Below, one piece after another: positions 30,385-39,972 of a DNA stretch of 64,000 bases. Under the pieces are notes generated by a model. That model was not told the origin of the DNA. It made no database searches and was given only the letters and a program-made list of their open reading frames with translations. Within the stretch, counting starts at the first letter, position 1; each line of letters begins with the position of its first letter. The position numbers and the translations under genes are program-made. The DNA is from Parcubacteria bacterium C7867-008 (GTDB taxonomy: Bacteria > Patescibacteriota > Minisyncoccia > Phycocordibacterales > Phycocordibacteraceae), in NCBI GenBank assembly GCA_001189215.1, contig LFCR01000004.1:95391-159390 (forward strand), read 5' to 3'.

Positions 30385-31398
30385 ATGGCATCTTTTTCCC
30401 CTAAGCTAGGTATCGACCTGGGCACTACAAACGTGCTTGTCTTTGTGCCTGGACGCGGTGTTGTTCTGAACGAACCATCCGTAGTTGCTGTCTCCACAGA
30501 AACAAATAAGGTACTCGCAATTGGTACTGAAGCGAAAGCAATGATTGGTCGTACTCCAGACACCATCACTGCCTATCGTCCTATGAAAGACGGGGTTATC
30601 GCAGACTATCGTGTCACCGAAGCAATGCTCCGATATTTCATTCGCAAGGCACTAGGGAAGTGGAATCTTTTCAAGCCCATTGTTCTTATTTCTGTGCCCG
30701 CAGGTGTCACCTCAACAGAAAAGCGTGCCGTCATTGAAGCTGCAGCAAAGGCAGGTGCAGCAAATGCATTCGTGGTTAAAGAACCAATCCTTGCGGCCAT
30801 TGGTGCAGGTATTCCCATTCAGGAAGCACTAGGACGCATGGTGGCAGATATTGGTGGAGGTACTATCGATGTCGCCGTAATTTCCCTTGGCGGTATCGTT
30901 GCCTCAACGTCCGTGAAGTGTGCCGGGAACAAGCTTGATCGTTCTATCGTTGATTATGTAAAGAAGAAGTACAACCTAGCCATTGGAGATAAGACGGCGG
31001 AAGAGATCAAGATTCAAATTGGTTCAGCCGTACCGGTTAACGAAGAGCTTTCTATACAAGTGAAAGGTAGAGACTTGGTGTCTGGTCTTCCCCGTACTAT
31101 CGAACTTCGTACCAATGAAGTGGTACAAGCGATGAGTCGTGAACTACGTGAAATGATGGGTGCGATTCGTAAGGTGCTCCAGGAAACTCCACCAGAGCTT
31201 GCAAGTGACATCATCGATAACGGGATCATCCTCACAGGTGGTTCCTCACAACTCCGTCACCTCCCAGAACTCGTATTCCGTCGTACGGGAGTACAGTCCA
31301 AACTGGCACAAGATGCATACTTCTGTGTGGCGCGTGGTACTGGCATTGCACTCAAACATTTAGATACGTATCAAAAGAGTATTATCTCCAAGCGATAA
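30385..31398 (+). CDS. mreB: Rod shape-determining protein MreB
   Basis: [26 protein letters not shown]. Confidence 0.95.
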   Translation: MASFSPKLGIDLGTTNVLVFVPGRGVVLNEPSVVAVSTETNKVLAIGTEAKAMIGRTPDTITAYRPMKDGVIADYRVTEAMLRYFIRKALGKWNLFKPIVLISVPAGVTSTEKRAVIEAAAKAGAANAFVVKEPILAAIGAGIPIQEALGRMVADIGGGTIDVAVISLGGIVASTSVKCAGNKLDRSIVDYVKKKYNLAIGDKTAEEIKIQIGSAVPVNEELSIQVKGRDLVSGLPRTIELRTNEVVQAMSRELREMMGAIRKVLQETPPELASDIIDNGIILTGGSSQLRHLPELVFRRTGVQSKLAQDAYFCVARGTGIALKHLDTYQKSIISKR

Positions 31399-31446
31399 AC
31401 AACAGGACCCGCACACCGTGCGGGTCCCAAATATTTAGTGGCAAGA

Positions 31447-31722
31447 TCAGAAGATGATCACGAACCCAGCCTTGCCAATTGTCTTACCCCCACCGCTGAA
31501 CCCACGATCATCGCAGCGACGTGGTGTATTGCAGTCACGAGATGCCGAGCCAGTGAGGCCTTTCACGAAAAATCGGATAGGCGGAACTGAAGGAGACCAC
31601 CGCGGCATATACGACGTCTGCGGTTGTGCCGGGACACTTCGTTCTGGATACGGCGGGATCAGGTCCTGCGCTGCGGCAGGCACGCTGACGGCGAGGCAGA
31701 GGACAGAAAAGACCATACGCAT
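31447..31722 (-). CDS. Small secreted protein, hypothetical
   Basis: Signal peptide ending AAAQ; SD GAGGG; terminal Phe. Confidence 0.55.
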   Translation of the reverse strand: MRMVFSVLCLAVSVPAAAQDLIPPYPERSVPAQPQTSYMPRWSPSVPPIRFFVKGLTGSASRDCNTPRRCDDRGFSGGGKTIGKAGFVIIF

Positions 31723-31867
31723 CGTAGCCCTCTCAGCGATAGTGGGTGTGCGGAATGCACGTACCTGTATCTAAGAATGCTACTAAGTTATAAGAAGTCA
31801 ACGGTAGTTAAAGAAAAGGCCCCGCACTTGCGCGCGGGGTCTAAAACACATCTCTGCAGCCGTTGTA

Positions 31868-32557
31868 TTAGTAGTTGATACGGCCGCCAACACCGATCAT
31901 GACGTGGCCGCCGTCCTGGATGGACGTCAGCGTACGGTACGCCTTGGTGAAGGCGAACACCGATGCGTGATCGTTCAGCTGATAGGACAGGTCGCCATTG
32001 AAGTTCACGGTCACTGCCTTGAGGGCAGCGCTATGCGCGATCGCCGGGGTCACCCCCAGACTAACGCGCTCAGAGAGCTTTATGGAACATGTGCCGCCAG
32101 CCTCGAGGACCGTTTCCTTGAAGCCGCCGCCCAACTTTTCGTAGGACGCGAACGAGGAGCAGGAACCCGAGATCGGGTACGAGACCGTGACCTTGCCTTC
32201 GGGGATGTTCTTGCCGGCCACGGCGTACCCAGCGACCTGGAAGTCGACGTGTGCCTTGCCAGCATCCACCCCGTAGTTGAGAGTGTAGTCGGTCTCGTTG
32301 AGACTTTTCTTACCAGTCTCAGCATGCCAGACACCTCCGCAGAGGCTGCCGTAGCAGACGGTGCCACTGACCTCCGACGTGGTTCGGTCGGTCAGATTGA
32401 TGCCCTGTTGCGGGAAGGGACGACCACTTTGCAGCGTTATCCCTCCGTTGAACGACCCGAGCGAACCCATGGACATTCCATCCCCTTCAGCGTGCGCTGC
32501 CGAGGCCGAGGCTGCGAGAACAAGAGATGTGAAGAGAACCAGTGAGGTAATGCGCAA
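31868..32557 (-). CDS. Putative outer-membrane beta-barrel (TorF/Gcw_chp-like)
   Basis: Signal peptide ending AAHA; amphipathic strands (ETDYTLNYG); C-terminus IGVGGRINY; SD AAGGAGG. Confidence 0.6.
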   Translation of the reverse strand: MRITSLVLFTSLVLAASASAAHAEGDGMSMGSLGSFNGGITLQSGRPFPQQGINLTDRTTSEVSGTVCYGSLCGGVWHAETGKKSLNETDYTLNYGVDAGKAHVDFQVAGYAVAGKNIPEGKVTVSYPISGSCSSFASYEKLGGGFKETVLEAGGTCSIKLSERVSLGVTPAIAHSAALKAVTVNFNGDLSYQLNDHASVFAFTKAYRTLTSIQDGGHVMIGVGGRINY

Positions 32558-32676
32558 AGGATCCTCCTTATAGCGCGTTGATGAACGATAGCCATACTAA
32601 CTCACTATCTACTTATTATTATGGAACTTATAGTCGGTAAAGTCAAGTGCTGTAGCATCTCCTATATACTGGATAT

Positions 32677-33372
32677 ATGGCGCATCATGCATACGTAGTA
32701 ACAGGGGAATCGGAGCAGGGTATTGCAGCTGCCATCGCTCATGCAGAGCAAGAACTTGGACTTGTACGAGACAATAACCCTGATCTTATTGTCCTTAGAC
32801 ATGGGTTGTTTTCCGTAGATGACGCACGCACTATTAGTGATCGTGCTAATCGTGCAGCAATGAATGGAGATCAGAAGGTAATCATTGTTTCTGCATTGCG
32901 ACTCTTCCACGAAGCACAGAATGCACTCCTTAAGATATTTGAAGAGCCACCGTCTGGCACAAATCTTATATTAGTGATCCCATCGGACGGTATGCTGTTA
33001 CCCACACTCCGTTCACGCCTCCTTCCTCTACCAGGAAGTACCAATAGCAACACTGTTTCAGTAGATGCCTCTGCATTTCTTGGTCTTAATGGGGCAGCAC
33101 GTGAGGCCTTTGTTACAAAACTAGTTGATCGATCTAAATCTGATACCGATGAGGTAAAACAGGCAGCAAGAAACGAGGCAGTGCGTCTTGTAGAGGGTCT
33201 TATGAAGGCAACGTACGCCGTCCGAGCAAGGGAAGCTGATGCGATGAAACAGCATGTACTCACTGATTTCTTGGAAGATCTCTCTCGATTCCTTCCCATT
33301 CTTCATGAACGCTCAGCTCCGCTAAAACTCATATTTGAACACATTCTTTTGGTTATCCCCAAAGGGCTTTAG
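32677..33372 (+). CDS. holB: DNA polymerase III delta' subunit, shortened
   Basis: HHAYVV, EAQNALLKIFEEP, LLPTLRSR. Confidence 0.8.
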   Translation: MAHHAYVVTGESEQGIAAAIAHAEQELGLVRDNNPDLIVLRHGLFSVDDARTISDRANRAAMNGDQKVIIVSALRLFHEAQNALLKIFEEPPSGTNLILVIPSDGMLLPTLRSRLLPLPGSTNSNTVSVDASAFLGLNGAAREAFVTKLVDRSKSDTDEVKQAARNEAVRLVEGLMKATYAVRAREADAMKQHVLTDFLEDLSRFLPILHERSAPLKLIFEHILLVIPKGL

Positions 33373-33447
33373 GAAGCCCTAATTTGACGGATTAGGGGGT
33401 ATCTGGTAAAGTTATACCACATTAATTTATTGATTTATCAACTGTCT

Positions 33448-34548
33448 ATGGCCGTGAAAAGCACCAAAAAGTCAGCTCCGAAGAAGAAAACCGCTCCGAA
33501 AGCGGCTTCTAAGGCTACGACCACCAAGCTCTCGTTCGACAGCGCAGTTCTCGTAAAGAAACTGCTTGCTGAGGTACCTGAGCGTGCCCGTGAGGTACTG
33601 GTATACCGCTTCGGCCTAGGCACAAGCGCAGAGCGCGAGACGCTCGAGGCTATTGGTGAGCGTTGGAGCATCACCCGTGAGCGTGTACGTCAAATCGAGG
33701 CTGCTGGTCTTGATGCAATTCGTTCTTCAAAGGCATTCAAGGATGCTGGCTCAGCATTCGATGATCTCAGCAACCATGTAAAGACACTCGGTGCAGTGGT
33801 TGAAGAGGACGCACTTCTCAATGGACTCTCTTCTGATGAGAAGGCTCGTAACCGCTTCCGTTTCCTTCTCGTCGTTGGGAGCGCATTCTTCCGTGAGCGT
33901 GAGACCGATGAATTCTACGCACGTTGGCATGTTGATCATGCAACCGCTGAACTCGTACACAAGGCACTTACTCGTCTCTACGCACAGCTTTCTGATACTC
34001 AGGTACTTGCTGAGGGAGAAATGATGGATCGTTTCCTTGATGAACTTAAGGACATCAACGATGCATATCGCAACGAGGAGGTTCTCAAGCGTTGGCTCTC
34101 TCTTTCAAAGACCATTTCTTCTAATCCACTCGCTGAGTGGGGGCGTGCAGAAGCTCCTGCTATCCGCACCAAGGGTATCCGTGACTACGCATACCTCGTT
34201 ATCAAGCGTTCTGGTGAGCCAATGCACTTCTCTGATGTTGCAAAGTCTATTAGCCAGATGTTTGCCAAGGAGGCCCATGTTGCTACCACCCATAACGAGC
34301 TCATCAAAGATGCTCGCTTCGTACTCGTTGGTCGTGGTCTCTACGCTCTCTCTGAGTGGGGATACCAGCCAGGCGTTGTTCGTGATGTGATCAAGACCGT
34401 TCTTAAGAAGGAAGGTCCACTTACTCGCGAGCGTGTTATGGAGGAAGTAAAGAAGGTTCGTTACGTAAAGGACAACACGATTCTCGTGAACCTAAACGAT
34501 CCTCGCTACTTCAAGCGAAACAAGAACGGTACCTACGCTGTTGCGTAA
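33448..34548 (+). CDS. Sigma-70 region 4 plus HARE-HTH (RNAP delta-like) protein
   Basis: RFGL..TLEAIGERWSITRERVRQIE; ATTHNELIKDARFVLVGRGLYALSEW. Confidence 0.8.
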   Translation: MAVKSTKKSAPKKKTAPKAASKATTTKLSFDSAVLVKKLLAEVPERAREVLVYRFGLGTSAERETLEAIGERWSITRERVRQIEAAGLDAIRSSKAFKDAGSAFDDLSNHVKTLGAVVEEDALLNGLSSDEKARNRFRFLLVVGSAFFRERETDEFYARWHVDHATAELVHKALTRLYAQLSDTQVLAEGEMMDRFLDELKDINDAYRNEEVLKRWLSLSKTISSNPLAEWGRAEAPAIRTKGIRDYAYLVIKRSGEPMHFSDVAKSISQMFAKEAHVATTHNELIKDARFVLVGRGLYALSEWGYQPGVVRDVIKTVLKKEGPLTRERVMEEVKKVRYVKDNTILVNLNDPRYFKRNKNGTYAVA

Positions 34549-34614
34549 GCACTGAATCCCCGAGAACAGCCCGCGTCCTCCAGACGCGGGCTGTTCTCTT
34601 GCTATACTTTCGAC

Positions 34615-35991
34615 ATGAACCCATCGGATCTTCCGTTGATGAAGTTTGTTGTTAAGCAACGCAATAAACTTTCGAGTAAAGGACACTATATTGATTGGGA
34701 ACCAGTCGCTTGGACGTTTGCGATTATAAACGTTCTCTTTCTATTTCTTGCGCCCTTTCAGGCATTACGTAACTTTGAATTCCTTCTGTTCTTTGCGCCA
34801 CTCTGGCTTCCACTTCTCACTATCTACGCTGCAGCGAATCGCGTTGTGCAGTATCGTCGTGCCAAGTTCTTAGCAAAGCAGAAGTACGTACTTCTTGAAC
34901 TACGTCTGCCACGAGAAACTAAGAAGACACCTCTTGCTATGGAGCTGTTCTTCTCAAACATGCACTTTGGTCCCGGTGAATCCACTAACTACAAAGTCTA
35001 CAAACTTGGAAACATTCGCCCGTGGTGGTCTGTTGAAATTGTCTCGCTCGGAGGACAGGTTCATTTCTATATATGGACGCGTGAAGCGCATCGTCGCGGT
35101 ATTGAAAGCTATCTGTATTCTCAGTATCCAGACATGGAAATCATTGAGGCGGAAGACTACAGCCTTATCACCGACCCATCTGATGATGAGCACAAACTCT
35201 TTGGTGAGGAGTTTATAAAATCTATTCCTGATGAAAAGGGGCAGCCAGATCCTTATCCAATAAAGACATACATTGAGTATGGACTTGATAAGGCAGGTAC
35301 TAAGCCGGAAGAACAGATTGATCCTCTTGCACAGGTGATCGAACTCCTTGGCTCTCTTGGACCAAAGGAACAGTTCTGGATACAAATCATGTTCCGTATA
35401 ACAAAGAAGGAAAAGTATAATGGGGAGAAGGACTGGAAAAAAGCTGGGCAAGAAGAGATCGCAAAAATACGTGAGGCAACAAGACAAAAAAGCTACTACA
35501 TTGATCCCGCAACAGGAAAGAAGGTGGAGACCGATGGTTTCCCGAATCCAACCAAAGGACAGCTTGAGACAATCGCAGACATTGAACGCAATATTAATAA
35601 GCCTGGCTTTGATGTTGGTATTCGTACCATTTATTCAGGCCCTAAAGATTCGTATCAGGGATTCATGTCTAGCTTTGTGCTTGCGCTATGGAAGCCATTC
35701 GCAAATGAAACTGGTGCGTCGCTTAAGCAACTAGGGGGATACTCTGCGGGCTTCAATGACTATCCATGGGAAGACCCGAAAGGTCTTGCGCATGACTTCG
35801 TTGAGAAGAAGATTGTGAAGCTCTATCGCAGGCGTGCCTTTTTCAATCAACCATACCAAGGTCCATGGTCCATTATGAGCAGCGAAGAGCTCGCAACACT
35901 CTTCCATATCCCATCAAGTACCATCAACACACCTGGCCTCCCACGTATACAGTCCACCACGAGGGGTGCTCCTACCAATCTTCCTGTGTAG
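34615..35991 (+). CDS. Conserved CPR-type membrane protein, hypothetical
   Basis: TM helices; LLELRLPRE, YPIKTY, SEELATLFHIP. Confidence 0.7.
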   Translation: MNPSDLPLMKFVVKQRNKLSSKGHYIDWEPVAWTFAIINVLFLFLAPFQALRNFEFLLFFAPLWLPLLTIYAAANRVVQYRRAKFLAKQKYVLLELRLPRETKKTPLAMELFFSNMHFGPGESTNYKVYKLGNIRPWWSVEIVSLGGQVHFYIWTREAHRRGIESYLYSQYPDMEIIEAEDYSLITDPSDDEHKLFGEEFIKSIPDEKGQPDPYPIKTYIEYGLDKAGTKPEEQIDPLAQVIELLGSLGPKEQFWIQIMFRITKKEKYNGEKDWKKAGQEEIAKIREATRQKSYYIDPATGKKVETDGFPNPTKGQLETIADIERNINKPGFDVGIRTIYSGPKDSYQGFMSSFVLALWKPFANETGASLKQLGGYSAGFNDYPWEDPKGLAHDFVEKKIVKLYRRRAFFNQPYQGPWSIMSSEELATLFHIPSSTINTPGLPRIQSTTRGAPTNLPV

Positions 35992-35992
35992 C

Positions 35993-37009
35993 ATGAGTGT
36001 GCCTAAACAATTTCACCTCCGTACCGTGCTGCTTCGCGCACAGATACAGTCCCTATGGGTGCGGTTCCGTAAAGCCTATGTACTCACACTTGTTGCGTTG
36101 TTCGTCGTTGTGTTTATTCCACTATCAATACTCTTCGTTCCTCCATACCACTTTCCTAAAGGAGAGCTGATCTCTATACCGGCAGACAGCACCAGTGAAG
36201 AGATTGCCGATGAGCTAGCTGATCAACATGTTATACGCAGTGCTGCACAGTTTCGTATCTACACACGTCTAACAGGTGACGATCGTACCCTACAATCCGG
36301 TATCTATGTATTCGATCATGCACTTGGATTAGTGAGTGTTGCGCATCGCATAGCAAATGGAGATCATGGAATTGAAGAGTCTCGTGTCACACTCACAGAG
36401 GGTATGACAAACAAAGACATGGCACGCACTATTGCAGCGGGTGTACCTGGCTTTGATACAAAAGCATTCTTAGAACAAGCATCGACCAGTGAAGGGTACT
36501 TGTTCCCAGACACGTACTTCATTCTTCCCGGTACCACACCAGAAGACATGGTCCTTAGACTACGTACCCAGTTTGATACCAAGATACTAACTATTCAGAA
36601 AGAGGTTGATGCGTCAAAGATGTCTCTGAACAATTTGGTGATCCTTGCATCGATATTGGAACGAGAAGCACAAGGCATTGAAGATATGCGTATGGTGTCT
36701 GGCATTCTCAACAACCGTCTTCGTATCGACATGCCCCTACAAGTCGATGCGGTATTTGGCTATGTGCATGGAGAGAATGGGTACACCCCAACTGCAGCAG
36801 ATCTCGAGAGCGACTCTCCATACAACACGTACCGAGTGAAGGGTCTGCCCCCAACACCTATTGCTAATCCCGGCTTGGATGCGTTAAAGGCTGCGGCAAC
36901 TCCTAAAACTTCTACTTATTTGTATTACCTAACAGGGAAGGACGGTGAGATGCATTATGCGCGAACGTTTGAAGAGCATAAGCGCAATAGGGAGCTGTAT
37001 TTAAATTAG
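35993..37009 (+). CDS. mltG: Endolytic transglycosylase MltG
   Basis: EGYLFPDTY, LASILERE, SPYNTY..GLPPTPIANPG. Confidence 0.95.
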   Translation: MSVPKQFHLRTVLLRAQIQSLWVRFRKAYVLTLVALFVVVFIPLSILFVPPYHFPKGELISIPADSTSEEIADELADQHVIRSAAQFRIYTRLTGDDRTLQSGIYVFDHALGLVSVAHRIANGDHGIEESRVTLTEGMTNKDMARTIAAGVPGFDTKAFLEQASTSEGYLFPDTYFILPGTTPEDMVLRLRTQFDTKILTIQKEVDASKMSLNNLVILASILEREAQGIEDMRMVSGILNNRLRIDMPLQVDAVFGYVHGENGYTPTAADLESDSPYNTYRVKGLPPTPIANPGLDALKAAATPKTSTYLYYLTGKDGEMHYARTFEEHKRNRELYLN

Positions 37010-37032
37010 GTTCGATCCCTAGTCTCCCAGCA
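37006..37032 (+). pseudogene. Orphan tRNA 3' fragment (T-arm plus acceptor strand, tRNA-Gln-like); att-like
   Basis: TTAGG-TTCGATC-CCTAG-TCTCCCA-G-CA; no 5' half upstream (lies within mltG coding sequence). Confidence 0.7.
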
Positions 37033-37092
37033 ATGCTTCCGTAATATACAAAGAGAAAAGCCTACTCACGATTCCTCGTTTTCGGCTTTGTC

Positions 37093-37464
37093 TCACGGTA
37101 TCCCGTCCTGATTCATCAGGTCGGTAAGACTCATGGACTTGTACGCGTAGCACCAGCTGCCGCGACCCGTGGCGACATCATACGCGATGATGATGCCGAA
37201 CGGATTTTCTTCCTGCATCTCCGTATCGGGAGCAAGGGAAGCAAGGATGAAGAACTGGTCGGGGTTGCGCGTCGAGAAGAGACCGCTCACGCGTGTCTCC
37301 CACATCGCTACTGGATACTCCTGTTCGTAGTTCTCGCGACTTGAGTAGAACTTGAGAATCTTGTCGCGATTGATGAAATAGGCGTCGAGCAGTTCAATCC
37401 GAGAAGGACCGACTGCCAGTTTGTGTGAGCGACGTAGGTGCTCTACCGCTGTTATTCGAGGCAT
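37093..37464 (-). CDS. Cassette 1: hypothetical protein
   Basis: TTGACA-N17-TATTAT promoter (37488-37516), SD GGAGGG. Confidence 0.7.
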   Translation of the reverse strand: MPRITAVEHLRRSHKLAVGPSRIELLDAYFINRDKILKFYSSRENYEQEYPVAMWETRVSGLFSTRNPDQFFILASLAPDTEMQEENPFGIIIAYDVATGRGSWCYAYKSMSLTDLMNQDGIP

Positions 37465-37523
37465 GTCGCCCTCCGTTTCCTGGATAAATAATAGTATTAA
37501 TAATAAGACTTGTCAAATATAGA

Positions 37524-37551
37524 GGTTCCAACATCGTCCCAGACTGCCAGC
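37524..37551 (+). repeat. 28-bp array repeat, copy 1 (consensus)
   Basis: GGTTCCAACATCGTCCCAGACTGCCAGC. Confidence 0.97.
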
Positions 37552-37613
37552 AAAAGAAAGACCGCCCCGCTGATTTCTCAGCAGAGCGGCTCATGCAGAT
37601 AGATGGAGGCAAT

Positions 37614-38144
37614 TCAGCCTTCGTCCGGGTATCTCATGACAAGACGCGTGCCACGCTGGACTAGGACGTCTTTCTTAAATGGAACTGCGCCAATAATCCA
37701 TCCTTCTTTGGGCGCGTACATCTGCGATGGGCGATCCGGATTGTACCAGCGTCCTTGCACCATGGCAGTTTCCCCTTCTTTCGGCTGCATCACGAAGCCA
37801 TTTGCCCATCCGTTCATGAGCAGCGCTGCGGGATGCCGTGCATGGTACCTAAGAAGCTCCCACACATGAGCGAACTTGAGACCGAATGCTGGATGCAATT
37901 CCTTCATCGGGAACGGCCGGCGAACGGTCCATATTCCTGCGAGGATTGGAGGAACATTGATTTCCGGGTCGCATTGCTCGAACAGTTCTGACGCTTCAGC
38001 GCGCACGTCTGCGATTTCAGGTTCGCCTGAGACCGGAAAACCGCGATAGAAATGGCTTGCCGGTATGAAGTGCTCGCATCCTGCCAAGGCGACAGGGTCG
38101 TTCTCTAGACGTAGACAGTCAGTAATTTCACCTGAGAGCTCCAT
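37614..38144 (-). CDS. Cassette 2: hypothetical protein
   Basis: SD GAGGTG; terminator next to repeat 1. Confidence 0.7.
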   Translation of the reverse strand: MELSGEITDCLRLENDPVALAGCEHFIPASHFYRGFPVSGEPEIADVRAEASELFEQCDPEINVPPILAGIWTVRRPFPMKELHPAFGLKFAHVWELLRYHARHPAALLMNGWANGFVMQPKEGETAMVQGRWYNPDRPSQMYAPKEGWIIGAVPFKKDVLVQRGTRLVMRYPDEG

Positions 38145-38203
38145 GTGACATTCACCTCGTTGCTTTTATGGGTCTGGACAGAACCCTAACACAATTGCAT
38201 AAA

Positions 38204-38231
38204 GGTTCCAACATCGTCCCAGACTGCCAGC
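38204..38231 (+). repeat. 28-bp array repeat, copy 2
   Basis: Identical to consensus. Confidence 0.97.
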
Positions 38232-38252
38232 TATTTTTGATACACTGTGTCC

Positions 38253-38675
38253 ATGACTGAAAAACAGAAGGTAGTTGTCTATGTCGTTAAAGACGGAAAG
38301 CTTCTCGTTTTCCGGCACACTGATTTCTCATACGAAGAAGTAGGAATTCAAGTACCAGCTGGAACAATTAAGGAAGGAGAAGATCCAGAATCCGCTGCAC
38401 TACGCGAACTGCACGAGGAAACAGGCCGCGACGGTTTCAGGATTGTTGAAAAGCTTGGAGTGGAAACGTACCACAAGATGCCCGAGAAGCCTGAAACACA
38501 TGTCAGGCACTTCTTCCTGGCCGAATCGATAACCTCTCATCCTGAGCGATGGTTAAGCCAGGAGCTTCATGACGGGGAGCAGGAACCTACAAACTTCGAA
38601 TGCTTCTGGATCCCGTTAGACCGGGGTCATATCCTAGAATCTGGACTCGGAGCATTGTTGCATAAGGTCGTATAG
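38253..38675 (+). CDS. Cassette 3: Nudix hydrolase
   Basis: PAGTIKEGEDPESAALRELHEETG; leaderless TGaTACACT-N6-ATG. Confidence 0.9.
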   Translation: MTEKQKVVVYVVKDGKLLVFRHTDFSYEEVGIQVPAGTIKEGEDPESAALRELHEETGRDGFRIVEKLGVETYHKMPEKPETHVRHFFLAESITSHPERWLSQELHDGEQEPTNFECFWIPLDRGHILESGLGALLHKVV

Positions 38676-38702
38676 GTTCCAACATCGTCCCACACAGCCA
38701 AC
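38675..38702 (+). repeat. 28-bp array repeat, copy 3
   Basis: GGTTCCAACATCGTCCCACACAGCCAAC, 3 mismatches. Confidence 0.92.
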
Positions 38703-38753
38703 AATATTTCCGCATATATTGACTTATTTACATATTAGTGCTAATGTATTTCC

Positions 38754-38847
38754 AGACGAGAAAATTCTCACTTTATAGCGTATTTGCCTTTCCCATTACC
38801 AAATGGCAAGGCTTGGCCCCGCAGACTTTATGTCATGCGGGGCTTTT
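38754..38847 (+). ncRNA. Cassette 4: candidate small RNA
   Basis: TTGACT-N17-TAATGT (38719-38747), two hairpins, terminator GCCCCGCA/TGCGGGGC-TTTT; no SD-led ORF. Confidence 0.55.
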
Positions 38848-38856
38848 GATTAAAAA

Positions 38857-38884
38857 AGTTCCAACATCGTCCCAGACTGCCAGC
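38857..38884 (+). repeat. 28-bp array repeat, copy 4
   Basis: 1 mismatch (first G to A). Confidence 0.95.
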
Positions 38885-38950
38885 AAAAACGAAACCCCGC
38901 GACCAAATGGTGCGGGGTTCCCGTTAAGGCATTTCGGGTAAGCCTACGCT

Positions 38951-39448
38951 TCAGAGGTGACTGAACTTCGGGTAGTGGCTGTCGAGTTCCTGGCGATCCT
39001 CCTGTTGCTCGTCAGTCAGGTTGCCGCGGCCGAACCGAGAGGTAGGTAGGTTGAACTTTTTCACGATCGCTTCACAGATCTCGAAGTCGAGCCTGGTGTA
39101 GCACTGTTGAGGGCCGAGATCGAAGTCTTCCGGGATAACACCGAGATACTTCAGGGCGGTCGCCATGTCGTAGCCGTAGTGCGTCGTCCACTCGAAGTAG
39201 CTGGAGAGGCCGTTGGAGACGACAGCCCAGGCAGCGATACGCTGGTACTGGAGATCCATGCCGCATAGGACGGCGGCAACGAAGCGATCATTCCAGTAGC
39301 ACTGGTGCTGGTGCTCGTTGTGGCCCGTCCAGACGCGCTGAGCACTGAGGCGGGTGAGCGGGTTCTCAAGGTGAGCGCCCGGCTCCTTCACGCACTTCGC
39401 GACATGCGCAAAGGCTTCTTTATCGGTCAGTTCCACAGCCTGGGTCAT
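38951..39448 (-). CDS. Cassette 5: hypothetical protein (GC-rich)
   Basis: TTGACT-N16-TATAAA promoter (39521-39548), SD GGGA, terminator at about 38885-38920. Confidence 0.7.
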   Translation of the reverse strand: MTQAVELTDKEAFAHVAKCVKEPGAHLENPLTRLSAQRVWTGHNEHQHQCYWNDRFVAAVLCGMDLQYQRIAAWAVVSNGLSSYFEWTTHYGYDMATALKYLGVIPEDFDLGPQQCYTRLDFEICEAIVKKFNLPTSRFGRGNLTDEQQEDRQELDSHYPKFSHL

Positions 39449-39557
39449 TTGCAGTCCCGCGTCTGAGCTCTCTGAGCTGGTTGAAATGTACGCTAGACCA
39501 AGTAGGTCCTTGCTGATACCTTTATATCATATTTACATATTTAGTCAAGCATAAAAA

Positions 39558-39585
39558 GGTTCCAACATCGTCCCAGACTGCCAGC
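39558..39585 (+). repeat. 28-bp array repeat, copy 5
   Basis: Identical to consensus. Confidence 0.97.
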
Positions 39586-39591
39586 AATTGA

Positions 39592-39858
39592 TCAAAGTCT
39601 CGAAACCGCGCAATACCCATCACCATAGACATTCACAATAATGCTTCCACTCTTACTTCTGCAGCTCTCCCTCGCTGCATTAAGTTCAGTCCCTGACATA
39701 TTCCTAGAGAAAACAGGAGTTTTGTATACTACGTACCAGTCTGTCCCATACCCGATCACATCACCAAACTGAAAAGACGTTATTCGGTAAGGAGAAAGTA
39801 GGTATAGTCCGGCAAGAACGCCCAAGCCAATAAATATATAGCGAGCGTACTTTTTCAT
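39592..39858 (-). CDS. Cassette 6: small membrane-anchored protein
   Basis: N-terminal TM, two Cys; leaderless TGcTAGACT-N6-ATG. Confidence 0.7.
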   Translation of the reverse strand: MKKYARYIFIGLGVLAGLYLLSPYRITSFQFGDVIGYGTDWYVVYKTPVFSRNMSGTELNAARESCRSKSGSIIVNVYGDGYCAVSRL

Positions 39859-39881
39859 GCATTAAGTCTAGCACCCATAAA

Positions 39882-39909
39882 GGTTCCAACATCGTCCCAG
39901 ACTGCCAGC
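39882..39909 (+). repeat. 28-bp array repeat, copy 6
   Basis: Identical to consensus. Confidence 0.97.
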
Positions 39910-39972
39910 AAACAGAAAACCCGCTCAGCGAAGCTAAACGAGCTTCTGCTGGAACGGGTCCAGGGCGATTGA

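Noticed and set aside
38738-38941. 67-aa ORF spanning repeat 4, and other ORFs reading CWQSGTMLEP or VPTSSQTAS
   Set aside because: They cross the repeat and terminators; these are artefacts of translating the repeat
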